Source: Octopus vulgaris (Eukaryota). From it: 64,000 nt of DNA. Made by a program: the position numbers and the translations under genes. Location of the stretch: assembly GCA_951406725.2 (NCBI GenBank), contig OX597820.1, positions 1,860,001-1,924,000 on the forward strand, given 5' to 3'. Positions within the stretch are counted from its first letter, which is position 1; the number at the start of each line of letters is the position of its first letter. The notes beneath the pieces are model-generated. The model saw only the letters and a list, made by a program, of their open reading frames with translations. It searched no databases and was not told where the DNA came from. Of the stretch, positions 24,625 through 38,607 are shown piece by piece.

Positions 24625-24866
24625 GTTCAAGTTTAATGCAAAGTTTCACATTGGCTCTTGGTTCCTGTCTGACAAAATCACAGACTACAGCAGACACACG
24701 TCATCACAAAAACACACATTTCACAACTTGCAAACTAAACATAGTGATGTACTCTGAACACTGCCTCATGAAGGACACTGCTAGCTCTCACTGCACATAT
24801 AACCATGTGCTGCCATCTGTAGGCACACTACAGAACTAGTCTGGTGACTTTTTGATGCCACCTCTT
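24625..24866 (-). mobile_element. 5' fragment of a mariner-like element
   Basis: Reverse-complement match to the left part of 27550-28083, including the TIR GAGGTGG.ATCAAAAAG. Confidence 0.65.
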
Positions 24867-26713
24867 GTGGAAAAGTGGTCTTTAAAACTATGGTGGTGAT
24901 AGAAGTATTACTGCTCTGTCTCCCACTGTTACTAAAAGAGGGCAATACCCCCCCACCCACTTCCTCATCCAGAATCCGTTGGTTGCCGTCTTTTGATGAA
25001 CCTACTCTCTCTGTTTCTTTGCTAAACCTCATCTCATCTTTGCATGAGAATGAGCCAGTGATGAAGGCCTCCACATTTTGTTCAGCTTGTTAGAACTGCT
25101 GTTCAGATCTTCCTCAAATCTTCTCTCTTAAAGCATAAAAGGAAGGAAGCATTGACTAATCCTTACTGCTAGAGGCACAAGGCCCGAAATTTTGGAGGAG
25201 GATGTCGGTCGCCCCAGTATGCAACTGGTACTTAATTTACCGACTCCGAAGGGATGAAAGGCAAAGTCAACCTTGATGGAATTTGAACTCAGAACATAAA
25301 AACAGACAAAATGCCACTAAGCATTTCGCCAGCTGTGCTAACGTGTCTGCCAGAATGATGTAAAGGTGGCGAGCTGGCAGAATCGTTAGCACACCTGGCA
25401 AAATGCTTAGTGGTATTTCGTCTGTCTTTACGTTCTGAGTTCAAATTCCATCAAGGTTGACTTTGCCTTTCATCCCTTCAGAGTTGATAAATTATGTACC
25501 AGTTATGCACTGGGATCAATGTAATCGACTTAATCCCTTTGTCTGTCCTTGTTTGTCCTCTCTATGTTTGGCCCCCTGGTGGGCAATATAGAAATAAGAA
25601 TGATGTAACCTTAGATACATCGTAATCATTTTAATGCCCACTTTTCCATTAGCTTGACAGAGTTTATTGTGGTCGACTGTCCATGGCTGTTTGCCCTTCT
25701 TGTCACCAACTACTTTACAATCAGTCATCATCATCATCATTGTTTAACATCTGTTTTCCATGGGTTGTCGGTTTGTTTATGTCCTCCCTCTCCCCTCCTT
25801 ATCTTTGCAGTTTGCCAAAAGAGACTGATAGAGTAAATACCAGACTTAGAAATACAGGGAATGACTTGTTTGATTGAAACCCTTTGAGGTGGTGCTCCAG
25901 CATGGCTGCAGTCCAATAACTGAAACATGTTATTGATGAAAAATACTGAGAAAATACTCATTTGCCTGGGACATTTCCATTGAATGTGTTGTCTGTTACT
26001 TCATCCATCTTCTATTCCTGGGAGGGTCATGGAGGGAGAGTCCTCAGGCCCCTCCTCTTCCATAGGGTCCTATCAGAAGCAACCATCATTAGACTTTCTG
26101 ACCAACTAAGCCTATGGATATTATCCAACCATCTCATCTAAATCCAAACCTGACCTCTCCTCCTGGTTGGTTTCTCTTGAAGAATCTCTCTTGCATTTCT
26201 TTCCTGTTGCATTGTAATCACATGTCAGTAATGCCAGAGTTGTGACTTCTCCATGGAAGTCATAGCTTCATCTGCTGAGGTTCCCTTATCTCCAGGCTCC
26301 TTGTCGAGTAACGGAGGAACCCCATTTCCGTCACCTGTATCCACAATCGGACTGTTTTGATCATTACTCAACAGCCATAAGTACGGAAAGGCACCTAAAC
26401 TGATTCGAAAACCGGCTCGGCTTTTTTACCAATTTCTCCTCTTCCGAGGACTGAGTCTGGGAAGTGGTGCATCATGGTGCCAGCACCTGCAACTCCAGTA
26501 ACCAATTCAGCCCTCTGCTTTCCATCATTCATGAAAATGGCCCCACGATATTGAAACTTTTCCACTTGTCTCCATGATGTTTCATGAACAGGCTGACTGG
26601 ACCAATGTCTCAGCCATTGCAACACTCATTCCTTGCAATACATGGCAGTGAACTTATTCACTGATTTCTATTGATTTCCTTACAGTGAAATAATTTTGTA
26701 ACTCCAACAATTC

Positions 26714-27401
26714 TTAGAAAATTACTATTTGTAAATCTCACAATAAAAGATTTTCAGTAACAGTACTTTTGACTAAAGATTGTTTGCCAATATAACATGG
26801 CAGTCTTGGTTTAGGACAAATGTTGCTGTAATTTAGCCCCAGGAGACATCGTCTCCAGCTAGCTATACGACATGATCTGTGTCCTTATATTTTCGAACAA
26901 GGGAATCTAGCACCCCAACTCAGCTCAAAACAATATCTGTGTCATCTCTTGTGAAAGGTAAGAGAGTTCAGTTTGCTGGACATTGTTGTAGAGCTGAAAA
27001 AGAGGTAATTTCTACTCTTCTCCTCTGGAAGCCATCTACTCGCAATACCAGAGTGCGCATACTCTCCTACCCTGATGTAATCTCCAGGGATACAGGCATC
27101 CAGCAACAGGACCTCTGTAATGCCATGATGGACCATGAAGTCTGGTGTAGCATGGTAAATTCCATTGTCTCGACCACGGTCGAACAATGATGATGATGTG
27201 TATCGCGATTTCCAGGTTATTTCCCTTCATCTGCACAGAATAATTGTTTGGCTAGATACACAGATATTGTTTTGAGCTGAGTGGGGATGCTAGATTCCCT
27301 TGTTCGAAAATATAAGGACACAGATTGTGTCATATAGCCAGTTGTAGACAATGTCTCCTTCATCCTAAACCAGGACCGCTATGTTATGTTGACAAACAAT
27401 C
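26714..27401. mobile_element. Foldback element with long TIRs, interrupted by an RTE 3' fragment (about 26940-27198, +)
   Basis: Arms are mutually inverted and homologous to 49123-49581; the insert encodes RVQFAGHCCRAEKEVISTLLLWKP.. with a TGA-repeat tail. Confidence 0.75.
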
Positions 27402-27549
27402 CAACAATTCTGTCTGTCTCTCTTTCTCTCTCTCTCTCTCTCTCTTGCACACACACACACATACTGCACATATTTACAATTGAAATTTTTCATTGTTTTT
27501 TTTTTAACATTAATCCTTCACCGTTCTTGAGATTACTCTATCAATTGCA

Positions 27550-28083
27550 TGAGGTGGAATCAAAAAGTTCCCAGACGAGTTCTGTAGCATGCCAACAAGT
27601 GGCAGCACATAGCTGCATGTGCAGTGAGCCTCATGAAGCAGCAGTGTCCTCAGTAATATCACTGTTTACTTTGCGAGTTGTGAAATTTGTGTTTTCGTGA
27701 TCATGTGTATGATGTAGTCTTCAATTTTATCAATGGGGAAGAACAAAAGAGCCACCGTGAAATTTTGCATTAAACTTGGGAAGCCTGCTACAGAAACATT
27801 AAGTATGTCTTGGAGCTCTTCTTACCCAGGAGTTTCTCACCAAAGACAACATGGTACCTCTTCCCCAAAGTGAAAATACAGCTCAAAGGTCACTGTCTTA
27901 ACACCATTGTCCTTGACTCACAGACAACAACTTCCAGGCTAGATACCAAAAGTGGTACAAATTCTGAGACCAGTGTATTGCTGTTCAAAATGACTATTTC
28001 GAAGGAGATGATGTTAAAACTTAATTAAATCAGCTATTTTTTAGTAAAGCTAATTAGTCTGAAAACCTCTTGATACCACCTCG
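27550..28083 (+). mobile_element. Internally deleted Tc1/mariner element
   Basis: TIRs GAGGTGGAATCAAAA..TTGATACCACCTCG followed by TA; transposase remnants EQ.ATVKFCIKLGKPATETL and LFPKVKIQLKG. Confidence 0.75.
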
Positions 28084-28588
28084 TAAGGCTTATTTATTCC
28101 CATTGCATTGAATTAATAATGTATTATCTTGTAGCTTTGAAATTTCAACATGAAAAAACATTCAAGTGAGGTTGTTGCCAGTGTCGTTGGACTGGCTCCT
28201 GTGCAGGTGGCACATAAAAGACACTATTTGAGCATGGCCATTGCCAGTACCCCCTGACTGTCCCTCGTGCTGGTGGCACATAGAAGCACCCACTACACTC
28301 TCGGAGTGGTTGGCGTTAGGAAGGGCATCCAGCTGTAGAAACTCTGCCAAATCAAGATTGGGGCTTGGTGCAGCCATCTGGTTCGCCAGCCCTCTGTCAA
28401 ATCGTCCAACCCATGCTAGCATGGAAAGCGGACGTTAAACGATGATGATGAGATTGTATATTTTTAGAATGACAATGTAGGTTAGGTACGAGAAGCCAGA
28501 TCTGGCCTTTTTAGCATAAAGTAGGAAGAATATTTGGGCCAGAAACAATCATGTAATTGTGTTTTGTAATGTTTTTCCTTTGTTTCAG

Positions 28589-28854
28589 GTGAATATAAAA
28601 TCATTCGTGAATGTGAACATGAATTGGATAAGAATGTCCGCCATCGATTAATGATGCCAGTTCTGAGACGCCATGGATACTGTGAGCCTGCGCGCAAGAA
28701 CGATCCTCGCAACCCATCAGTTTTAACAGATTCCTCAATTCAGTATTGTTTCTGTAAAGATTGGAATGGTTGCAATGCTGCAACTCCGCTACAAGGATTC
28801 ACTCTTTTGAAACTAATTTCAGTTTTCCTCACACTTCTTTTGGTTCTACATTAA
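28589..28854 (+). CDS. Ly6 protein A, exon 3 (C-terminal CxC..CN and GPI signal)
   Basis: tgtttcag acceptor; (S)EYKIIRECEHELDKNVRHRLMMPVLRRHGYCEPARKNDPRNPSVLTDSSIQYCFCKDWNGCNAATPLQGFTLLKLISVFLTLLLVLH*; the three exons total 465 nt = 154 aa with 10 Cys. Confidence 0.9.
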
Positions 28855-29049
28855 TCCCACCCCAGAAATCAACAGCAAACTTCCAAATATTTTGTATATC
28901 ACTTTTTAAAATATTTTTTTTATAATTCCATGTATAAATATTTACTTTGAACTTACATATCAGTCGTCACTATAACTGTTTGCTATGTATATATGTGTGT
29001 ATAATATACATTCATACGTACACATATGTAATATATATATATATATATA

Positions 29050-29322
29050 CTTAAAGCTGCAGAAACATCACAAAAACACTACTACTAGGAGTTTCACCTT
29101 CCAGTTTGTTGGATTCAGTTTGTGATTCAGATTGGGACTAGAAATAGGTTGTACTTATATTATAATTGACAGACACACTTTCGAATGTGTATCTGTCAAT
29201 GTGGATTGCATTATGATATATTACATGTATAGCATATTTCTTGTTCCATTTTGAATCCTGAATCACAACTGTCCGATGAACAGGAACATGGAACTCTTTG
29301 TAGCAGTGTTTTTGCAGCTTTA
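29050..29322. repeat. Diverged inverted pair of a short repeat with a degenerate hammerhead-like motif, downstream of gene A stop
   Basis: Left arm about 29050-29150 is inverted relative to about 29235-29322; right arm reads ACUGU-CCGAUGA..GGAACUCUUUGUA-GCAGU. Confidence 0.55.
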
Positions 29323-30490
29323 ATAATAATGTGTGTTACTCTGCTTCTAGTATTCAAGTACTATTTCTTCCTCCCTTGTTTCACACCTAAGTGCTTACTG
29401 TGGGGGGGGGGGGTTATGTGTGCGTGTATATATATATGTTTGTATGTATGTATATTGTTTATATCATGAGGATTTAGAAACTCCCAGGACATGAAATAAT
29501 TCATTTTTAACTGTGGAACTTAAAGTAGATAAGACTATAAATAATGGCATACAAAATATTAGACTAAACAAAAGCCTTGGGTGGAAAACATCAAAGGCTG
29601 CTTATGGGAGTTGAATCCTCATCTTCTGTAAATGTGACATGTTTTACCCCTGGACCAATACAAACTTTCAAAACTTTTGTTCCTTTTAAAAGTTTTTTTT
29701 CTTTTTAGAAACAAAGGTTTTTAACTGAATATTTACATACTATTACGTATAGCTTATCAGTTAACAATGAATTTATACACACACACACATATTCACATAT
29801 GATGATATATATATACATATATAAGGCGGCCAGCTGGCAGACACGCTAGCATGCTGGGTGAAATGCTTAGCAGTATTTCGTCTGCCGTTACATTCTGAGT
29901 TCAAATTCCGCCAAGGTCGACTTTGCCTTTCATCCTTTCGGGGTCGATAAATAAAGTACCAGTTTCACACTGGGGTCGATGTAATCGACTTAATCCCTTT
30001 GTTTGTCCCCTCTATGTTTAGCCCCTTGTGAGCAATAAAGAAATATATATGTATATATATATACATACACACATAATACACACAATGATTTGAAAGATGT
30101 CTAATCTCACATTCTGCAAAACTCCCTGTAGAGAATTTCTGACGTTAACCTGTATATAAAGAAGCCCCTCCTCAATAGCAACTGTTCCTTTTCAAATTGA
30201 TGACTTTCGTTACTGAAATATATGTTAAGAATTCCTTTGTGTACCTGGAATAATTTGTTGTGAATACAAGTGTGCGTTAGTGTTGCAGTGAAAAGTATAA
30301 CAATGAATGATGTATAAGGATTTAAAGCACAATGGTTGTAAGATTACAAAGTGCGGAGGTTGATGTTGTAAGGGGAAATCTTGTGCTTTGAATCTGAGGA
30401 AATCAAATACTTTAGCTTTATCTGGTTTGTTTGGTTGAAACGAGACATCTGCTTGTCAAGAAACAAACTAGTGGGAAACAGTATATAACT

Positions 30491-30544
<54 letters not shown>

Positions 30545-30646
30545 ATATATATCAGAAATTTAGATTCAGATGAATATGGTACATAAGTTGAGGAACCAGA
30601 ATTTAGTACGGTATTATCCATACAATTTCAAAATAAGGTGATTAAA

Positions 30647-30693
30647 ATCAAAATAAGCAACAGGATATCCTCTGGATATCCTGTTGCTTATTT

Positions 30694-30697
<4 letters not shown>
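30647..30697. repeat. Perfect 24-bp hairpin with 3-nt loop
   Basis: ATCAAAATAAGCAACAGGATATCC-TCT-GGATATCCTGTTGCTTATTTTGAT. Confidence 0.95.
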
Positions 30698-30727
<30 letters not shown>

Positions 30728-30976
30728 ATAATAACAATAATCCAATTGTTATTATTATTATTATTATTATAGTTATCCTAAATTATATTTGGTAAAGCTC
30801 GATGCAACCTTACCAAAAACTGGTTCCCCAGTCAACATCCTGAGACTGTGGCTGACACAATGTGTTTGGAGCTTTATTTGTATATTCAAAATGTTTCCCA
30901 TAAACAAATTCAAAAGATGTCTGTGTGTGTTTGTGTATATATATATATATGTGTGTAATACATATATATGTTTGTG

Positions 30977-31007
<31 letters not shown>

Positions 31008-31093
31008 AATATATACATGTTTGTGTGTGTATATATACTCATGGATATATATACATACACACCCATATATATTTACTCTCACATATAAGTGTG

Positions 31094-31125
<32 letters not shown>

Positions 31126-31370
31126 CATACACACACACACACACACCATATATATAAATTTATATATAGCTATTATGTGTGTTAAAATGTCTAATTTATT
31201 GTTGTCATGTAATAAGTGTCTGTCTTATATATACATGTAATATATAAACATTTTAGGACATTTTTTAAACAAAAAAACTTCATTATTGAATTTCTGTCAT
31301 TTTCTAATTTGTAAAAAGAAATTTTGTATGATATAATATTTGACAAACTTTTATTCTTTCTCTTTTCATA

Positions 31371-31376
31371 AATAAA
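31371..31376 (+). terminator. Candidate polyadenylation signal of Ly6 gene A
   Basis: AATAAA in a U-rich context with a GU-rich tract about 30 nt downstream; implies a 3' UTR of about 2.5 kb; unconfirmed. Confidence 0.3.
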
Positions 31377-32327
31377 AAAAAAAAACCTTATATTTTATCA
31401 ATATGTTTTTGTCTTGAAATTTCTCTAAATTTATCAGAATTGTATTATGTCCATTGAACTCAGGAGGCTTACAGCTGACCAGAAATTTTAAGAACTTTGT
31501 AATAAGTAAACAACAACAACAAAAAAGAAAGAAAAAGAAAAAATTTAAAGCTGTCTATTCTATGAATTTTTTTCTTTATTCCTTAATTTCTAATTCAAGC
31601 TTCTAATCCTGCCAAATATTATGAAGATATAATTATCTCCTTTATAATTAGTGTTCTTTGGGGCAGCAGACCCCAACATTTTTTGCACCATGGAATGGTT
31701 TCATGAAAGACAAATTTTTCTGCAAACCAAGGCATCACGTGCATAGCAGAACACTAAAGTACTTGGTATAGAATTTAATCATTACATATACTAGCAGTAA
31801 GACTGCCCTCTGGGCGGTTTTCTGCTAACCCCTTGATAATATTTTCACATTTGATTTCCAATTCTAATAATTTTTATATTTTACGTTTAATTATTTTTTT
31901 GTCTAATAATGCTTAGTAAATATTACTTTCATTATTTCATCATAGTTATTAATCTCTCTTTTTAAACAAACATCAAGGTAGTCCAAGTACATTTAGTGTG
32001 CAAACAAGCTTTCTCCGTTGCATATTTTTTTGGATGCCCCTTGTTGAATTGCAAAATTCTAATGCAATATTTGTGTAATAACGAAATCATATCTGGAGTG
32101 TGTGTGTGTGTTTATATTACAGAGACAGTGTGTGAGAGAGAGAGAGAGAGAGGCGGGAGGCGGGGGGGGAGAAAGACCACTGCAAACAATGAATGAAATA
32201 AACATGAAATGTAAAAAGTTGTTTAAATAAAAGCTCGTTAAAAACTTTCTTGTACCGAATATTTAAATTTATGAACTTGAAATATTCAATAACTAAAGGA
32301 AGTTCAGAAAGTGAATTTTCCTGAAAA

Positions 32328-33052
32328 CATCATCATCATCATCATTTAGCGTCCGTTTTCCATGCTAGCATGGGTTGGACGGTTCAACTGGGGTCTGTGA
32401 AGCCGGAAGGCCGCGTCAGGCCCAGTCAGATCTGGCAGTGTTTCTACGGCTGGATGCCCTTCCTAATGCCAACCACTCCGTGAGTGTAGTGGGTGCTTTT
32501 TACGTGCCACCCGCACAGGTGCCAGACGGAGCTGGCAAACGGCCACGAACGGATGATGTTTTTACGTGCCACCGGCATGGGGGCCAGTCGAGGCTGGCAA
32601 CGGATACGAACGGATGGTGCTTTTACGTGCCACCGGCACGGGGGCCAGGCGAGACTGGCAGCAGACATGACAATTGGATGGTTCGCTTAACCACAGCTGC
32701 AACTTCCACTGATGTTGATCGGTCTCAATTTTGGTTCTGCTTTCTGATATCTGATTTGATTTGGTTTGATTTTCATTCTGACTGTTCTCACTGGTCTTGC
32801 CGTGTCTTCTCACGCACAGCATATTTCCATAGGTCTCGGTCTCTAGTCATTTCCTTGGTGAGACCTAAAGTTCGAACGTCGTGCTTCACCACCTCGTCCC
32901 AGGTTTTCCTGGGTCTACCTCTTCCACAGGTCCCATCAACTGCCAGGGTGTGGCACTTTTTCACACACCTATCTTCATCCATTCTCGCCACATGACCATA
33001 CCAGCGCAATCGTCTCTCTTGCACACAACAACTGATGCTTCTTAGGTCCAAC
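32328..33052 (-). mobile_element. RTE-clade LINE 3' end
   Basis: [42 protein letters not shown] plus UTR and (GAT)n tail. Confidence 0.9.
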
Positions 33053-33764
33053 TTCAGTTTACAAAAAATTTCACTTGCTTATTAAATATATCTTTCAGTA
33101 ATTTATCATAGTTGTAATACATCTCTAAACAAATTTCAGGGTAACCCAACTATATTTAGTATGTTAAAAATAGTAGCAACCACATAGTTATTGTTGTAAG
33201 ACTCATAGTGTTCAAAACAGCCATACCAACAAAATCACTTTTTAATTTATTTATATTTTTTTTAATTATACCGGTATATTAAAAAAATTTCATTTAACAA
33301 ACTCTGGAAACTGATATTATTCTGGAAATTGTGCCTTGCAAAGTCATACAGCTATTTTGTCTAATAGCATTCATTCAATCAATAAATAATTTTTTTACAT
33401 TACGTATATAGAATAAACTGGGGGTTTTCTAAAGAGTGAATTAAAACTTGAATGAATATTAAATTATCAGTAATGAAAATGGAGGTGAAAGGTCATTTTG
33501 CCGAAAAGTGTCTCCTTTGTTGTCAATTGTTTGGATTCTCTTCTATGAAGGCTTCGTATGCCCGGGTGGTTAACAGCAGGCATAGCTGTGTGATAAGAAG
33601 CTTGCTTCTCAACCACATGGTGCCGGGTTCAGTTCTACTGCATGGCACATTGGGCAAGTGTCTTCTACTATAGCCTCAGGCCGACCATAGCTTTGTGAGT
33701 GAATTTGGTCGATGGAAACTGAAAGAAATCTATTGTGTGTATATATATATAGTGTATATATATA

Positions 33765-34365
33765 TCCCACCTTGAATACTGCTGTCCACTGTGGTCTCCC
33801 TACACAAAACAAAATATTATGAGAATTGAAGCTCCCCAGAGGTCAATCACAAAAAAGATAGATGGCATGTCAGACCTTGACTACTGGGGTAGACTAGAGA
33901 AGCTGAAATTGTATTCACTCCAACGACGCCGTGAACGCTACATTATCTGTATGATGTGGAAAATATTCCACCAGCACTGTCCGAATGATGTTGGCATCAC
34001 CTTCAAAATGCATCCAAGGCTTGGACCACGTGCCATCCGTCCACAACAAAAATCTAAATCGCATCACATAACGACAATACGGCACAACTATTTCACCTCA
34101 ATTGGACCTGCTCTCTTCAACATTACACCAGGGCACGTCAAAAAAGAAACTGACCACACAAAATTCAAGAAATCTTTGGACAAATTCCTTCAAACAGTAC
34201 CGGACAAACCACCCACACCCGGATATGTCTCCGCAAACAATAACTCTCTGCTCGAATGGGCCTTGGTGCCCAAATCCTGAACTGAAAGACTTCACCAGGT
34301 GGTGCTATTAAGTTAGACATGGCCTGGGCCAATAGTGGCCAAAACCTTTCTAAGTTATTCTAAGT
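33765..34365 (+). mobile_element. CR1-clade LINE 3' fragment inserted into the TA-rich middle of a family B SINE
   Basis: HLEYCCPLWSP..LKLYSLQRRRERY..FKKSLDKFL; TATATATAGTGTATATATATA on both sides (likely target-site duplication). Confidence 0.85.
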
Positions 34366-36352
34366 TATATATAGTGTATATATATACATGTATATATATA
34401 TATAGTGTATATATATATGTGTGTGTGTGTGTATATATATATATATGTATATATGTATGTATATATTTGTGTGTGTCTGTGTTTGTCCGACCTCCATTGC
34501 TTGACTACTGGTGTTGGTGTGTTTACATTCCCGTGACTTAATGGCTCGGTAGAAGCAACCGATAGAATAAGTACCAGGCTTAAAAAATAAAAGGTCCTGG
34601 GGTCAATTCATTCAACTAATAATTCTTCAAGATGGTACCCCAGCATGGTTGCAGTCTAAATATATTGTTTGCTCCAGGCAAGCCCTAACTGTGTAGACCC
34701 ATGATCAGACATTGCATTTATGACTATCACAACTTTATCCAAACAATGTATACAGTGTACCTAGGACTACATTGTCGAATGTGTCCTTCCACTTTCTCTG
34801 TGTGTGTGTGTATATATATATATATAGAGAGAGAGAATAAGGTAAGAAAATAGAGAGTTGAGGATGTATAATTAATTTATTTGTATCATAGTTTGAAGTT
34901 AAAATTTTAATACAAATAATTTTTTTTTTAAAGTACAGAAGAAATTCCATAAACCCCACACATGTTTCGATTCTGGCCGCTTGGTAATGCATAATTTGAA
35001 GCATTTGGGTCAAATCCCATGTTAAGAATTGGTTATTTTAAATTGTATGGGGCAGAATCTTTTCAGGGTTTTCTTGTTTTTATGAAACAAAGGTTACATC
35101 TTTCTTGAAGGGATTCGAGTCAAAACCTAAGGAAGTTCAAAATGTTGTATATTGTTTGTATGTATTTGCAAAGGTTATAATTCAAGTAAGTAAAAATGAA
35201 GATATATATATATAGGCGCAAGAGTGGCTGTGTGGTAAGTAGTTTGCTAACCAATCACATGGTTCTGGGTTCAGTCCCACTGCATGGCACCTTGGGCAAG
35301 TGTCTTCTACTATAGCCCAGGGATGGCCAAAGCCATGTGAGTGGAATTGACAGATGGAAACTGAAAGAAGCTCATCATATATATATATATATTTGTATAT
35401 GTTTGTGCCTGTGTTTGTTCCTCATCACCATTGCTTGACAACCGATGCTGGTGTGTTTACGTCACCGCAACTTAGCGGTTCGGAAAAAGGGACTGATAGA
35501 ATAAGTACTAGGCTTACAAAGAATAAGTCCTGGGGTCAGTTTGCTCAACTAAAGGCAGTGCTCCAGCATGGCTGCAGTCAAATGACTGAAACAAATAAAA
35601 GAATATATATGCGCAAGAGTGGCCAGGTGGTAAGAAGTTTGTTTCTCAACCAGAGTTGCATCTGTGACTGTCACAACTTCTTCTTCCGGACAGTGTTTCT
35701 AGGACTACATTCTCCAGTGTGTCCTTCCTTTTATTTGAGGGCAATTGCACTATTTCCAGCTGGTCGAACGTTTCCTGTTCATTCCTTTTCTAGTTCTTGG
35801 ACATAGAATTGGTGGCAGTGAGCTGGACAGAATCCTTACCATCATCATCATCATCATCGCCATCATTTAACGCCCGTTTTCCATGCTGGCATGGGTTAGA
35901 CAGTTCGTCTGGGGCCTGAGAAGCCAGGAGGCTGCACCAGGCTCCAATCTGATCTGGCAATGTTTCTACAGCTGGATGCCCTTCCTAACGCCAACCACTC
36001 TGTGAGTGTAGTGAGTGCTTTATATGTGCCATCAGAGCACAGGAGCCTGATGGGGCGAAGGGGCTGGCATCAACCACATTTGGATGGGGCTTTACAGCTG
36101 ATGAAGGGGAATTTTCCTTGTATTGTTTGTCTTGTACTCTGTTTTTTCGGTGTTAAAAAAAGTCCGTTTCCATGTATGTTTTTACGTTTTCGTTTCTCGT
36201 TGAGTTCTACGTCTATTTGTGGTGTCCTGTACTCACGTTTATATATTTATATATGCATGTATATATACATGTAGATGTAGGTACGTACATATATGTATGT
36301 ATGTATGCATATATTTTATTTATTAATTTATATACATATATATATATGTATA

Positions 36353-36407
<55 letters not shown>

Positions 36408-36514
36408 GTATATATGTATATATGTATGTATATATGTATATATATATGTATATATGTATATATATATGTATATATGTATATATATATGTATATGTATATA
36501 TATATGTATATATA

Positions 36515-36884
36515 TCTCTCTATATATAAACGGCAGTTTGTCTGTGCGTGTTTCTGTGTGTCTGTTTGCTTGTACCCTCACCTGACCACAGCTTTCAACC
36601 GATTCTGATGAAACTTGACACACAATAGTGTCATAATTCAAAACTAACGCAGCGAAAATTTTGAAAAGTTCCCCCAGTTCTGAAAAATCGATAAATTCGA
36701 CATGGGGTCGAGAACCAGGAACACAAACCACAAACTGTGTAGGACGCAACTCCACCTTTTTAACTATCAAAAAAATTTACCATAATTTTTTTCCAATTTT
36801 TTGCTGTTTTTTGGCTATAACTCTCTAAAAATGCTTTATAGTTATTTCCCTTACAAACCTGAGCAACGCCGGCGATACTGCTAG
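36515..36884 (+). mobile_element. Non-autonomous Helitron-like element
   Basis: 5' TCTCTCTATATATAAACGGCAG..; 3' imperfect hairpin CCTGAGCAACGCCGG then CTAG followed by T. Confidence 0.65.
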
Positions 36885-37136
36885 TATATATATATATGTA
36901 TATATGTATGTATATATGTATGTATATATATATATATATGTATATATGTATATATATATGTATATATATATATATGTATATATGTATATATATATGTATG
37001 TATATATGTATATATATATGTATATATATATGTGTATATATATATGTGTATATATATGTGTGTATATATATATGTGTATATATATGTGTGTATATATATA
37101 TGTGTATATATATATGTGTATATATATATGTATGTG

Positions 37137-37176
<40 letters not shown>

Positions 37177-37326
37177 TGTCTGTATATATATGTGTGTATA
37201 TATGTGTATATATATATATATGTGTATATATATATATATGTGTATATATATATGTGTATATATATATATGTGTATATATATATATGTATATATATATGTG
37301 TATATATATATATGTATATATATATG

Positions 37327-37362
<36 letters not shown>

Positions 37363-37410
37363 CATATATATATATATACATGTATATATATGTATATGTA
37401 TATATATATA
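36885..37410. repeat. Compound (TA)n/(TATG)n microsatellite
   Basis: About 525 bp; similar tracts at 36280-36514, 38318-38477, 40811-41035 and 49815-50270. Confidence 0.95.
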
Positions 37411-38317
37411 TGGGCCGTGACTGCTGAGGACATGCGTAAGCTCGCGAGGAATGAAGCCAGTATGCTCCGATGGATGTGTAATGTCAGTGTGCATACTCGA
37501 CAGAGCGTTAGTACCTTGAGAGAAATGTTGGACCTAAGAACCATCAGTTGTGGTGTGAAAGAGAGACGATTGCGCTGGTATGGTCATGTAGCAAGAATGG
37601 ATGAAGATAGGTGTGTGAAAAAGTGCCAATCCCTAGCAGTTGAGGGAACCCGTGGAAGAGGTAGACCTAGGAAAACCTGGGACGAGGTGGTGAAGCACGA
37701 CCTTCGAACTTTAGGCCTCACTGAGGAAATGACCAGCGACCGAGACCTTTGGAAATATGCTGTACGTGAGAAGACCAGGCAGGACAAGTGAGTCCAGCCC
37801 ACTTATGCATGCCTTTCCTCCTTTGGACACAAAGACCTGTTGAGGCAAGCGAAGTCGATATCGAACCTCATCCGACGACAGGCACTCATGCCAACCCCCC
37901 TTTGCTTGCGAAGACATGTTGGGGCAAGCGAAATCGAAATCAAAATCGAAATTGAACCAATCCTATGACTGGCACCCGGCAGATGCCAGGACCCCTGGAC
38001 TGGTGGTACATAAAATGCACTATCCGAATCGTGGCCGATGCCAGCGCCGCCTTGACTGGCTTCCGTGCCAGTGGCACATAAATTGCACCAATCCGACCGT
38101 TGCCGTTGCCAGCCTCGCCTGGCACCTGCGCGGGTGGCACGTAAAAAGCACCCACTACACTCACAGAGTGGTTGGCGTTAGGAAGGGCATCCAGCTGTAG
38201 AAACATTGCCAGATAAGACTGGAGCCTGGTGCAGCCTTCTGGCTTCCCAGAACCCCGGTCAAACCGTCCAACCCATGCTAGCATGGAGAACGGACGTTAA
38301 ACGATGATGATGATGAT
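37411..38317 (+). mobile_element. RTE-clade LINE 3' end
   Basis: [60 protein letters not shown]. Confidence 0.9.
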
Positions 38318-38326
38318 ATATATATG

Positions 38327-38375
<49 letters not shown>

Positions 38376-38428
38376 GTGTGTGTATATATATATATATGTA
38401 TATATATGTGTGTATATATTTGTATATA

Positions 38429-38466
<38 letters not shown>

Positions 38467-38607
38467 CGTATATATATCACGTGATCACGTGACTGACCAG
38501 ACCATCAGATGTTGTTACACATCGCTGGTCACAATGCGTTCACATTGTTTTAGCCTTCGAATGACGCCACCCCACTGGCTAAGCGAGCAGGCCAATGTAT
38601 ATATATA

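Noticed and set aside
36172-37544. Long overlapping ORFs rich in I/Y/H/T/C/V/M (also about 30800, 38300, 40750 and 49750)
   Set aside because: Translations of TA/TG microsatellites that lack stop codons; not genes.
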